DNA of 64,000 bases from assembly GCF_964213995.1 (NCBI RefSeq), contig NW_027590187.1:744001-808000 (forward strand). Reading direction: 5' to 3'. Source of the stretch: Mustelus asterias (lineage: Eukaryota). Below the pieces are notes generated by a model. It worked only from the letters and a program-made list of their open reading frames with translations. It did not search any database and was not told the origin of the DNA. The translations under genes and the position numbers were made by a program. Positions 39,370 through 51,039 of the stretch are shown here, in pieces (position 1 is the first letter of the stretch; the number at the start of each line of letters is the position of its first letter).

Positions 39370-40040
39370 TTGTGGATTGGTCAAACAAGACCAATTTAAA
39401 GCAGAGAAGTGTGAAATGATTTATTTCATTGGGAAGAAAAGGTTGAGACAATATAAAAGTAATGATACAATTGTAAAAGCATGCAGGAACAAGGGGCCTG
39501 CAGTTAAATGTGACACTAATAATTGCTGTTTGAGTGGCAGGTTGAGAGCATGGTTAATAAAGTATTTGGTTTTGTGAGCTTTATACGTAGGGACATAGAG
39601 TACAAGAGCAAGCAGGTTATGGGAAACCTGTATAAAACACTGGTTTGGCCTCAGTTGGAGTATTTGACTCTGATCTGGACAGCAGTCGTTGGAAAGGATG
39701 TGAAGGCATTGGAGAGGGTGCAATAAATCTCTGGGCATGGGTCCAGGGATGAGGAAGTTCAGTTACATCGGTAGATTGAGAATTTGGGTCTGTTCTCTTT
39801 GACGAAGAGAAGGTTGAGAGGAGATTTGATAGAAGTGTTCAGAATTGTGAAAGGAGTAAAAAATTCTGTGCTGGGACCTTACAGTTGGTAAAAGTTTTGT
39901 CCTGTGAATGTGTAGGTGTGAATATTGTGGAAGAGAGAGTGTATGAAAGGAGCGGGCGGGTCAGACTAATCCAACTGTGTTTGTGTGTCTGTTCTGATCA
40001 TGTGGAGGGAATTGGAAGGAGCTGATAGGGAGAAGCTGTC
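39370..40040 (+). mobile_element. Degenerate CR1 fragment containing an inverted templated insert
   Basis: IEYKSKQVM.NLYKTLV.PQLEY...DVKALERVQ. Confidence 0.75.
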
Positions 40041-40802
40041 ATGTCCCAATCTTCCTCTGTCAGGAAGTGTTCCCCAAACTGAATGGACAGGGCACTTTCC
40101 CGGTTACACTTCTCCGGCAATGCTAAATATTCTGAGTATTTGTTTTAATGTGAAACATTTAAGATAATTATACAAACACAATAAATTGTTGAGAGTAAAG
40201 AAGAAACATTAAAAATGAAAATTCATGTTGACGTCTCTCTGCTGAACTTTTAGTCTTTCCAGTCTGGGCCAGTGGTCTGATTAATCCGATGGTGCTTTTC
40301 CCAGTCGCCTGTGTAACGTGGCTTGAATCCCGGCCTTCCAGGTTTTGAACTGCATAGCGGAGCATTTGAGAAAGTATTGGGGCTGAATGGCCTCATCTAG
40401 CTCTAGTCTTCCTTCCATCTGGTGAGCTAATCTGACATCCAACCCAGAGTGGAAATGCTGCATAGATTGTCTTAAAAATGGTCTCTAAGCTGAGGGAGTG
40501 ACTGTAAATCTCGTCACCACTTCCATCCTGACTAATTTCCTCCACTTCAAACCGTCCATCAATGTCAGAAGGAGTCAGAACTGGAGTAGGAGACTCCACC
40601 AATGATTGAGGTCCCATCTTTGACCACTCGAGCATCCTGCCTTGCCTCACACCTTCTCTGTTCTCCAGCAGCGGTGATGTACCAGGGTCTTGGCTGCTCT
40701 GAATGGCCTGTTTGAGGGTCTCCTTGCTCCAAAGCAGATGACTTTTGATGTCTGCCAGCAAGTTGTTGAGATTTGGCTCCTCCTCATCTCCATCTCCAAC
40801 TA

Positions 40803-41126
40803 GGACAGCACGGTAGCACAGTGGTTAGCACTGCTGCTTCACAGCTCCAGGGTCCCAGGTTCGATTCCCGGCTCGGGTCACTGTCTGTGTGGAGTTTGCA
40901 CATTCTCTGCGTGGATTTTCTCCGGGTGCTCCGCTTTCCTCCCACAGTCCAAAGATGTGCAGGTTAGGTTGATTGGCCAGGTTAAAAATTGCCCCTTAGT
41001 GTCCTGAGATGCGTAGGTTAGAGGGATTAGCGGGTAAATATGTGGGGGTAGGGCCTGGGTGGGATTGTGGTCGGTGCAGACTCGATGGGCCGAATAGCCT
41101 CCTTCTGCACTGTAGGGTTTCTATGA
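40803..41126 (+). mobile_element. Full-length HE1-type SINE
   Basis: Same head, V-domain and tail as 11657-11997. Confidence 0.92.
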
Positions 41127-41304
41127 ACTTCAGACCAGTCGGGAACTTCCATCTTCCAAGCTTCTCGGGGCTGGTTGAACAGAAACAACAATAATTAAGG
41201 ATTTTGCGGAGTTGTTACATTCGAGCAGATTTCCCCCTGGGGCATTTCATTAAACACCGGCTTTTTCACTTCATTATTAACTGCAGGAATGGCAATGGAA
41301 TGTA

Positions 41305-41930
41305 TTGGTCCATTTATCCTCACATAGGAGTTGGGACGTCATGTTGAAGTTGTACAAGACATTGGTAAGGCCCCGCTAGGAATACTGTGTACAGTTCTGG
41401 TCACACTGTTATAGAAAGGATATTATTAAATGAGAAAGACTGCAGAAAAGATTTACTATGATGCTACCGGGACTTGATGGTTTGAGTTATAAGGAGAGGA
41501 TGAATAGTCTGGGACTTTTTGTCTGGAGCGTAGGAGTCTTAGGGATGATCTTATAGAGGTTATAAAATAATGAGGACCACAGATGAGGAAGATAGTCAAC
41601 ATCTTTTCCCAAAGTTAGGGGAGTCTAAAAGTGGGGGACACAGGTTTAAGGTGAGAGGGGAGAAACACAAAAGGGTCCAGAGGGGCAATTTTTTCACACA
41701 GAGGGTGGTGAGTGTCTGTAACGAGCTGCCAGAGGTAGTAGTAGAAGCGGTTACAATTTTGTCTTTTAAAAAGCATTTCGATAGTTGCATGGGTAAGATT
41801 GGTATAGAGGGATATGGGCCAAACGCAGGCAATTGGGAATAGCTTATTGGTAAAAACTGGACGACACGGATTAGTTGGGCTGAAGGGCCTGTTTCCAGCT
41901 GTGAATGTCTGTGACTGTATGACTATGACT
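41305..41930 (+). mobile_element. CR1 3' fragment
   Basis: GHRFKVRGE...GNFFTQRVVSVCNELP; same subfamily as 58380-59595. Confidence 0.85.
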
Positions 41931-42419
41931 CTAGCCCTAACTGGAAATGATGCAGATTGTCACTGTCATTGCTGTAAGTGGGATGGGGACAATGCTCACT
42001 CACAGCATCTGTATTCCATCTGAACAGCTGGCAGGTAGAACACAAAATCAATGGTAAACATTCTGTCAGCATCCAGTGAAACTGGGTAACTGTGGTAACG
42101 GGTCGGTACATTGACAACACAGGACTCTGTGACAATACCTTCATCCCCAACAGGGTGATGTCACCAGGATCCACAATTCCCCCAGTTTGGAGATTCCAGT
42201 CAGGAAGCAAGGAGCAAAGTGTAAGACACCAGAGAAAAGACAAAAGATTTTCATTTCTATCGAACCAATCATCATCTCTGGAGTTCCCAAAGGACAGTCA
42301 ATGAATGACTTCTTTAAGAAGTCATAGAGTCAGAGAATTTTACAGCACAGAAAGAGGCCATTCGGCCCCTCGTGTATGCACCGGCCATCAGCACCTATCT
42401 ATTCTAATCCCATCCCGAT

Positions 42420-43015
42420 CTGGATGAGGGAACCAAACGTAACATTTCCACGTTTGCTGACAACACAAAACTGGGCGGAATTGTGAGTTGTGAGGATGAT
42501 GTAAGGAGGCTTCAAGGTGATTTAGACAAGTTGAGTGAGTGAACAAGCACATGGTAGATGCAGCACAATGCGGCTAAATATGAAGTTATACACTTTGGTG
42601 TGAAAAACAGAAAGGACAGGATGAGAGGAGATCTGATTGAAAAATATACATTTCTAACAGGGCTGGACAGACTAGCTGCAGGAAGGATGTTTTCCTTGGT
42701 TGGGGAATGTAGAACAAGGGGACACAGTCTTAGGATATGGAGTACACCATTTAGAAATGAGATGAGGAGAGATTTCTTCACTTAGAGGGTGGTGAACCTG
42801 TGGAATTCTCTACCTCAGAAGCTGTGGCGACCAAGTCACTGCATATATTCAAGGAGGAGAGAGAGAAATTTTTAGATTTTAATGGCATCAAGGGGTATTG
42901 GGAAAAGCTGAGAATATGGAATTGCGATATAGGATCAGACATGATCACATTGAATGATGGAACAGGCTCAAAGGGCTGAATGGCCGACTCCTGTTCCGAG
43001 TTTCAATGTTTCCAA
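42420..43015 (+). mobile_element. CR1 3' fragment with an internal deletion
   Basis: FAD.TKLGG, KYEVIHFG and MRGDLIE...TRGHSLRI. Confidence 0.8.
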
Positions 43016-43128
43016 GTTCTGCTGAAAGGTCACAGGCCTGAAAAACTAACTCTGTTTCTCTCTGTAGACAGATGCTGCACAATCTGCTGAGCTTTCTTTT
43101 CTGTTTCATTTCAGATTTCCAGCGTCTG
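43016..43128 (+). mobile_element. Short dispersed repeat with a degenerate hammerhead-like head (probably Penelope terminal-repeat derived)
   Basis: ctgctgaaaggtcacaggcctgaaa...aactctgtttctctct...acagatgctg...tttcagatttccagc; related inverted copies at ~61360-61450 and ~63205-63270. Confidence 0.45.
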
Positions 43129-43885
43129 AACTGAACCCAGCCAGAGTCAGCACCTTCAGGAGAGAGAGAGAGAGGAATCAGTGAGTGTAGAACTGAACAC
43201 AGCCAGAGTCAGCACCTTCAGGAGAGAGAGAGAGGAACCAGTGAGTGTAGAACTGAACCCAGCCAGAGTCAGCACCTTCAATAGAAAGAGAGGAACCAGT
43301 GAGTGTGGAACTGAACACAGCCAGAGTCAGCACCTTCAGGAGAGAGAGAGCAACCAGTGAGTGTGGAACTGAACCCAGCCAGAGTCAGCACCTTCAGGGG
43401 ATAGAGAGAGGAACCAGTGAGTGTGGAACTGAACACAGCCAGAGTCAGCACCTTCAATAGAGAGAGAGAGGAACCAGTGAGTGTAGAACTGAACCAGCTA
43501 GAGTCAGCACCTTCAATAGAGAGAGAGAGAGGAATCAGTGAGTGTAGAATTGAACCCAGCCAGAGTCAGCACCTTCAGGAGAAAGAGAGAGAGGAACCAG
43601 TGAGTGTAGAATTGAACCCAGCCAGAGTCAGCACCTTCAGGAGAGAGAGAGGAACCAGTGAGTGTAGAACTGAACCCAGCCAGAGTCAGCACCTTTAGGA
43701 GAGAGTGAGAGGAATCAGTGAGTGTAGAACTGAACCCAGCCAGAGTCAGCACCTTCAGGAGAGAGCGAGGAACGAGTGAGTGTAGAATTGAACCCAGCCA
43801 GAGTCAGCAGCTTCAGCGGAGAGAGAGGAACCAGTGAGTGTAGAACTGAACCCAGCCAGAGTCAGCACCTTCAGCGGATAGAGAG
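43129..43885. repeat. Minisatellite, 13 x ~58-62 bp with a variable (GA)n core
   Basis: Unit GAACTGAACCCAGCCAGAGTCAGCACCTTCAGG(AG)nGAACCAGTGAGTGTA. Confidence 0.97.
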
Positions 43886-43927
43886 GTAATTAATTTAAGC
43901 CCTGTATTCAAAGTCAGAAGTAGAGAG

Positions 43928-44050
43928 GATTTGATTTGATTTGATTTATTATTGTCACATGTATTAACATATTGTTTCTTGCGCGCTATCCAGACAAAAC
44001 ATACCGTTCATAGAGAAGGAAATGAGAGAGTTCAGAATGTAGTGTTACAG
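43928..44050 (-). mobile_element. Rex1/Babar 3' tail fragment
   Basis: (GATTT)4 followed by attattgtcacatg...agaatgtagtgttaca. Confidence 0.75.
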
Positions 44051-44309
44051 GAAAGAGGGAACCAATGACCAGTGAGCTGAACGTCGGTCGTAGGGCAGTT
44101 GCTGGAGTCCATTATCAAGCGTTTGAAAAGCAGTGTTCTAATCAGATAAAGTCAGCATGGATTTACAAAAGGGAAATCATGCTTGACAAAACTACTAGAA
44201 TTCTTTGAGGATGTAACTAGTAGAGTTGACCAGGGAGAACCGGTGGATGTGATTTATTTCGACTTTCAGAAGGCTTTGGACAAGGTCTTACGTAACGGTT
44301 TTAAGTTAT

Positions 44310-44611
44310 AAAGTTTAAAGTTTGTTTATTAGTGTCACAAGTAGGTTTACATTAACACTGCAATGAAGTTATTGTGAAAATCCCCCAGTCGCCATACTCT
44401 GCCGCCTGTTTGGGTAGATTGAGAGAATTTAGCATGGCCAATGCAACTAACCAGCATGCCTTTCAGACTGTGGGAGGAAACCAGAGCATCCAGAGGAAAC
44501 GCACGCAGACACAGAGGGAACATGCAAACTCCACAAGTGACCCAAGCCAGGAATCGAACCCGGCTCCCTGGCACTGTGAGACAGCAGTGCCAACCACTGT
44601 GCCGCCGTGCC
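44310..44611 (-). mobile_element. V-SINE with an HE1-like head and a different (non-CR1) tail
   Basis: Reverse complement head GGCACGGCGGCACAGTGGTTGGCACTGCTG...GGTTCGATTCC and V-domain; tail ...gtaaacctacttgtgacactaataaac. Confidence 0.75.
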
Positions 44612-44635
44612 ACTCTGCTACTATGTAAAGTTAAA

Positions 44636-45578
44636 GTGGAGGCTTTGGAGAGAGTACAGAGGAGGTTTACCAGGATGTTGCCTGGTATGGAGGGGCTTGG
44701 TTATGAGGAGAGATTGGGGAAACTGGGGTTGTTCTCCTTGGAAAGATGGAGGATGAGGGGAGACTTAATAGCGGTGTATAAAATTATGAAAGGCAGAGAT
44801 AGGGTGAACGGTGGGAAGCTTTTCCCTGGGTCGGTGGTGACGTTCACGAGGGGTCATAGGTTCAAGGTGAAGGGGGGGAGGTTTAACACAGATATCAGAA
44901 GGACATATTTTACACAGAGGGTCGTGGGGGCCTGCAATGTGTTGCCGGGCAAGGTGGTGGAGGCGGACACACTGGGAACGTTTAAGACTTATCTAGACAG
45001 CTATATGAACGGAGTGGGAATGGAGGGATACAAAAGAGTGGTCTAGTTTGGACCAGGGAGCGGCGCGGGCTAATTGTTCTTTGTTTCTCGTTTCAAGTCT
45101 TCATTCTATGATCATCTTGCTGTTGCCAGTACAGAGCGAGACTGCGGATAGTTGGGAACCTGTCTCGGGGGCAGGGAATTCAGATGGTGTTCGTAAAGCA
45201 GAAGTGGAAATTAATAGGGTTGGGAAGCATTTTCTGATCAGGGCCAGTGTGATCTCCTGGACTTGTTTCGATCGCCTCAGGGGGTCGGAGAGGAAATTCC
45301 CAGATTTTTTTTTCCCCATATTGGCCCTGGGGTTTTTACTCTGGGTTTTCGCCTCTCCCTGGAGATCACATGGTCTGGAATGGGGGGGTGGGGGTGAGTT
45401 AATAGGTTGTGATGAACAAAGCATCGTAGCTGTGAGGGACAGCTCGGTGGATAGGATATTAGGATGTAGATAGGCTGGAAAATTGGGCGGGGATCCTGGA
45501 TTCAGGATTCAATCCTGGACCGGGGAGCGGCGCGGGCTTGGAGGGCCGAAGGGCCTGTTCCTGTGCTGTATTGTTCTA
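44636..45578 (+). mobile_element. CR1 3' end with an extended 3' UTR
   Basis: EALERVQRRFTRMLPG...stop at 45046; tail gagggccgaagggcctgttcctgtgctg at 45541. Confidence 0.85.
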
Positions 45579-45905
45579 CATGGGATTGTGGGTAGCGTCT
45601 TGAGATGGATAGAAAGCTGGTTAGCAGACAGGAAGCAAAGAGATGGCATAAATGGGTCTTTTTCCAATTGGAAGGCAGTGATTAGTGGGGTACCGCAGGG
45701 ATCTGTGCTTGGACCCCAACTGTTCATACTATATATTAATGATTTGGACACAGGAACTAAATGTATTATCTCCAAACATGTAGATGATACAATATTGGGT
45801 TGGAGGGTGAGCTGTGAGGAGCATGCAGAGATCCTCCAGCGTGATTTGGACAGGCTGAGTGTGTGGGCATCTGCATGGCAGATATGGTATAATGTGGATA
45901 AATAT
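45579..45905 (+). mobile_element. CR1 RT fragment
   Basis: WIESWLADRKQR...SGVPQGSVLGPQLF. Confidence 0.8.
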
Positions 45906-47034
45906 GCAGCGACCACTATGGGAATGTGGAAAATATGTAAGAAAATGTGGGTCCGTAACTCCCTTTCTTTAATATGGGGTGTGTCGTCTGGCACATTCAT
46001 CAGTCTGTGTGGGTTTGTGATGATTTCTGGACTCTATTAGTACTACCATATCTGTGTGTCAGACTGATTAGTGTCATTCAGGATCAGGCTCAGGTGTTGT
46101 CAGTGAGTTCAGTAACAGTCTGTATCTGTCAGTGTCTGGTAATGGACATGTGCTGGAGAATGTTTCTGAATCTGTCAGTCACTGTTACTCTGACAGTGTG
46201 GGATTCATTACATAACCGAAGGCTCTGGGACAGTTTAACAGTCTGGATTCATTCCACATTGAAATTTCAGTGCAGAAACAGGCCATTGATGCTGTAGGTA
46301 TTTTCAAAAAAAATTCTAATTTTTGCCTTGTATTAAATCACTTTGTGTGAGCACAATTGTGGAGGATCATGCATCTTTTCATCTAACACGCCATTGTTAA
46401 GTAAAGGTAAGTGTAATTCACATTTTAATAATCAAATTGATTCCTTTATCATTCACTGTGTTTGGGAGAACTTTATACTTGAATGTTGAGCTCAGTTTGA
46501 CTGTGAGAATTATTACAATTTCTGCCCTACACGTCTGAGGCTTTAAGTCAGCTATGTGATCTGTATCTCAGTTTGTACCAATTTATATGTATCCTTATTA
46601 CAATAATCAGTGTGTGTCTCAGATTATACAATCATTCAGTTCTATCTGGTATTTAATTGAATTGCAACTAATGCGACAATATTGCAGGCATGACACACTG
46701 ACAATCTGATAGCGGGTGAGAATTTGGACTGGGATTTATGTATCTACCTGTCAGTGGTACTGACTTGGGATGACATGGAAACAATGTCTGTCTCTCCTGC
46801 TCTGATTGATTGTTGGATTGAAAATGTGTCTCTGCAACCGGTTCTGCTGCCTGAGACTGTGGAACTGATGCACTCTGAGAGAGAACAGACATACTGTGTG
46901 TGAGGAGCTCGCTGCACTGTTCACTGCAACTCAGGTGAGGAAACTTCAAACTCACATTGATTGGTTCAATGATTTGCCTGTCAGGAATAATTTACTCACT
47001 TACAGGTGAGGGAATAATACACAGCCCTTGTTCA

Positions 47035-49900
47035 ATTTGATTTACTGTTGTCACATGTATTGGCAGACTGTGAAAAGTATTTTTTCTTGTGCGCTATACA
47101 AGCAAAGCATACCATTCATAGAGTACATGGGGAGAAAGAAATGACAGAGTGCAGAATGTAGTGTTACATTCATAACTAGTCTGCAGCAAAAGATCAATAT
47201 AAGATAGGTCCATTCAAAAGTCTGATGGCAGCAGGGAAGATGCGGTTCTTGAGTTGGTTGGTACATGATCTCAGATGTTTGTATCTTTTTCCTGTTGAAA
47301 GAAGATGGAAGAGAGAATGTCCGGGGTGCATGGGGGTCTTTGATTATGCTGGCTGCTTTTCTGACGTGATGGGAAGTGCAGACGGAGTCAATGGATGGGA
47401 GGCTGATTTGTGTGATGGACTGCGCTACTATAAGAACTGTTCGTAGTTTAAGGCGGTCTTGGTAAGAGCAGGAGCCATACCAAGCTGTGATACATCTGGA
47501 AAGGGTATTTTCTTTGGTGCATCTGAAAAACTTGGTGAGAGTCATAGCGGAAATCATAGAAATTATAGAAACCCGACAGTGCAGAAAGAGGCCATCTGGC
47601 CCATCGAGTCTGCACCGACCACAATCCCACCCAGGCCCTACCCATATCCCTACACATTTACCCACAATTCCCTCTAACCTACACATCTCAGGACACTAAG
47701 GGGCAATTTTAGCATGGCCAATCAACCTAACCCGCACATCTTTGGACTGTGGGAGGAAACCGGAGCACCCGGAGGAAACCCACGCAGACACGAGGAGAAT
47801 GTGCAAACTCCACACAGGCAATGCTGAATTTCCTTAGCCTCCTGAGAAATTAGAGGTCTTACTTAACTATAGTGTCAGCGTGGTAGGACCAAGACAAGTT
47901 ATTGATGATCTCGACACCCAGAAATCTGAAGCTCTCGACAATTTCCATTTCACCCCCATTGATGTAGACAGGGGCATGTCCTCCACGATGCTTCCTGAAG
48001 TTAATGACAATCCCCTTTGTTTGGTTGACATTGAGGGAGAGATTATTGTCGTTGCACTAATTTACCAGATTCTCTATCTCATTCCTATAGTCCGTCTCAT
48101 CATTGTTTGAGATCCGACCCGCTATGGTGGTATCATCAGCAAACTTGAAAATAGATTTGAAGCGGAATTTGGCCACACGGTCATAAGTGTATAAGGAGCA
48201 TCGTGAGGGGTTGAGGATACAGCCTTGTGGGGCACTGGTGTTGAGAATAATCATGGAGGAGGTGTCGTTGCTTATCTTTACTAATTGCGGTCTGTGGGTT
48301 AAGAAGTCGAGGATGCAGTCGCAGAGGGAGGAACCAAGCCCTAGCCATGGTGTTTGAAGATGGGTTTTGTAGGAATAATGGTGTTGAAGGCTGAGCTGTA
48401 ATCAATAAATGGAAATCTGACATGTGTCTTTGTTATCCAGGTGTTCCAGGGTTGAGTGTACGGTCAGGGAGATGGCATCTACTGTGGACCTGTTGCAGCA
48501 GTAGGTAAACTGTCGTGGATCCAGGCAATCTGGGAGACTGGAGCTGATCCGTGCCATGACTAACCTTTCGAAGCAGTTCATAATGATGGATGTCAGAGCT
48601 ACCAGGCAATAGTCATGAAGGCACGATGCCTGGCTTTTCTTTGGTACAGGGATGATGTCATCTTCTTGAAGCAGATAGGGACCTCAGATTGGTGAAAGGA
48701 GAGGTTAAAGATGTCAGCGAATACCCCTGCCAGCTGGTCCTCGCTGGATCTAAGTGCCTGTCCCCATACCCCATCCAGGCCAGTCGCTTTCCGCGGGTTA
48801 ACTTTCAAGGCGGCTGATCTGAAGTCTGTGATGGTGACCTCGGATACAGGTTCGGCCAAGGCTTTCAGAGTGGAGGGCATCCTCTCTCTTCCTCAAAACA
48901 GACATAGAATGCATTGAGCCCATCAGGGAGAGGGGCATTGTCGCTGGCAATTCGACATGCCTTCATCTGGTAGCCTGTTATGCCTTTCAGACCTTACCAT
49001 AAACGGTGGGAGTCCATGTGGCGAGCCTCGGACTCTAGCCTGGTCCGGTACTGGCACTTGGCATCTTTGATGGTTCCCTGGAGGTCACATCTGGATTTCT
49101 TTACAGTTCAGGGTCCCCTGACTGGAACCCCTCGGACCTGGACTTCAGGAAGCAGTGGATATCCCTGTTCATCCATGCTTTCCGGTTGGGAAAAACATGG
49201 ATTTGCTTCTTTGGTCAGTCTTCTATGCAATGACTAAGGAAGTCAGTTACTGTAGTGACGTACTCATTCAGGTGCTTATCTGAGGCCGCTGTACGGTCCA
49301 TTCGGTGGATGGAGAAGCCCTGAGGTTGTAGGGCACTGTCCGGTGAAGCAGGTGTGGTCTGTGTCTCCGTGAAACAGAGCACACAGCAGTCTCTCAGTTC
49401 CCTTTGAAAAGTGAGTCTGGTTTTAAGTTCATCTAGATTGTGTTCCAGAGATGGAACATTTGCCAGGAGTAAGCTGGGGAGGGGGGCCTTGGAACCACAT
49501 TGTTTCAGTCTCACCTGCAAGCCTGCGCGTTTCCCACGCTTCCTGGGGTGGCTGCTTCCTGTCGTGCCTGTGAGACGGTGTTTAGTCTGTGGGATCAAGG
49601 GTGTAGCTGTATCCTGTTTCCGCTTTGGTTGGTGTGTGGGTGGAGGATTTGTTGCCATGGTCACGGTTCCTGTGTCGGCAGTCGGGTCTGAGCGGTCGGG
49701 AGTTCCGGGTCGCTGTCGGGCTGCGGTTTGAGTTTGGAGGGTGTTCACACCACACTCCGGCATGGACGGGTTGAAGGCCGGTTAGTGGATGGGGTCACGG
49801 CTGGGTCCACGTGTTCGGGTTCTCCGGGTCACTGCCAGGTCGGGGTCTCCCTTCCGAGGTCAGAGGATCTCTTGTCTTGCAAATAAATTTAAAAGAGCAG
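47035..49900 (-). mobile_element. Degenerate Rex1/Babar-clade LINE (APE N-terminus to 3' tail) with a nested HE1 SINE
   Basis: ORF 49215: RKRGKRAG...PLPSLLLANV.SL...DEL...RDCCVLCFTET. ORF 48599: KVNPRKA.G.DG..G..LR....QLAGVF.DIFNLS. ORF 48057: LNT.APQGC.L.P....LYT.D......KFADDTT. Confidence 0.85.
47553..47818 (-). mobile_element. HE1-type SINE (5'-truncated) nested in Rex1
   Basis: Reverse complement matches the V-domain and tail of 11657-11997. Confidence 0.88.
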
Positions 49901-51039
49901 TTTTAGTAATTTATAAATCTCAGTATATAATCATAATGAACATCCACAAAGGAACCCCAGTGATACAAACATTGTCAATGTGTGACTGCAGGCCTCAGTG
50001 TCTGTGTAAGAGATGCATGATCAGTGGCGGTAGGTGCTATGACAATTCAATGACATTCAGATAGAACTGAAACCCTGCACTGCTCCATGAATGGGATAAC
50101 CGGATGGAGCAGGGACATTTGTAATGTTCATATTTCCATTCATTGCTCCCGTGTGATTAACCAGATCGTAATCAAAACCAAACAGTCTCTGTTTAAAATG
50201 TGTCCATCCTCGTTCTCACCTGGTGCCTGCAAGAGCTGCTCTTTGTCTAACTCCCCACATCCTGACTGTCTGCCTCTGCTTCCAATCTTCACTGTCCAAT
50301 CACAGCAAACCAGGGGAGACTGGAATTAGAGTCATTACCGTATGGAAGGAGGCCATTCGCCACATCCAGTCCATGCTGGTTCTCCATGGAGCAATCCAGT
50401 CAGTCCCATTCTCCTGCTCTATCCCCATAGCCCGACAAGTTTATTTCCCTCAAATGTCCCTCCAAATTCCTCTTTGAAATAATTCATCATCTCGGCTTCC
50501 AACCTCAGAGACAGCAACTTCCAGGTTGTCACTCACTGCATGAGAAGTTCTTCCACACATCCCCCCAGTATGTCTTCCAAAACCTTCAACTTGTGCCCCC
50601 TCGTCCTGAAACTATCAGTGATTGGGATTAGCTTTTCTTTGTCTACCTGAACCACACCAGCCATAATCCTGTCCACCTCTATCAGATCTCTCTCTCAATC
50701 TGCTTTGCTCCAAAAAGATCAACCCCAGCTTCTGCAACCTAACTTTGTGGCTAAAACCCCTCATTGCTGAAACCATTCTGGTCAATCTCCTCTGCACCCG
50801 CTGAACCACCGTCACATGTTTCCTCAAGTGTGCTGAGCAGAACTGGACTCAATGCTTCAGCTGTGATCCAATCAGAGTTTTCTAAAGGCTCAGCAGAACT
50901 TGCATGATTCTGTACTCAATGCCTGTGTCTTCATGGAGAGGGTCACTCATGTGGACGAGGAGGGTTTGAACTAAACTGGCAGGGGGATGGGCACCATTAT
51001 ATAGAAGTGGAAAAGAGGAATATCTAGAGAAAGAACAAA

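Noticed and set aside
40255-40395. tRNA/SINE-like segment ending in GGGCTGAATGGCCT
   Set aside because: Too degenerate to assign by eye.
43129-43885. CRISPR-like regular repeat array
   Set aside because: There are no unique spacers (only (GA)n length varies), no cas genes, and the context is vertebrate. It is a minisatellite.
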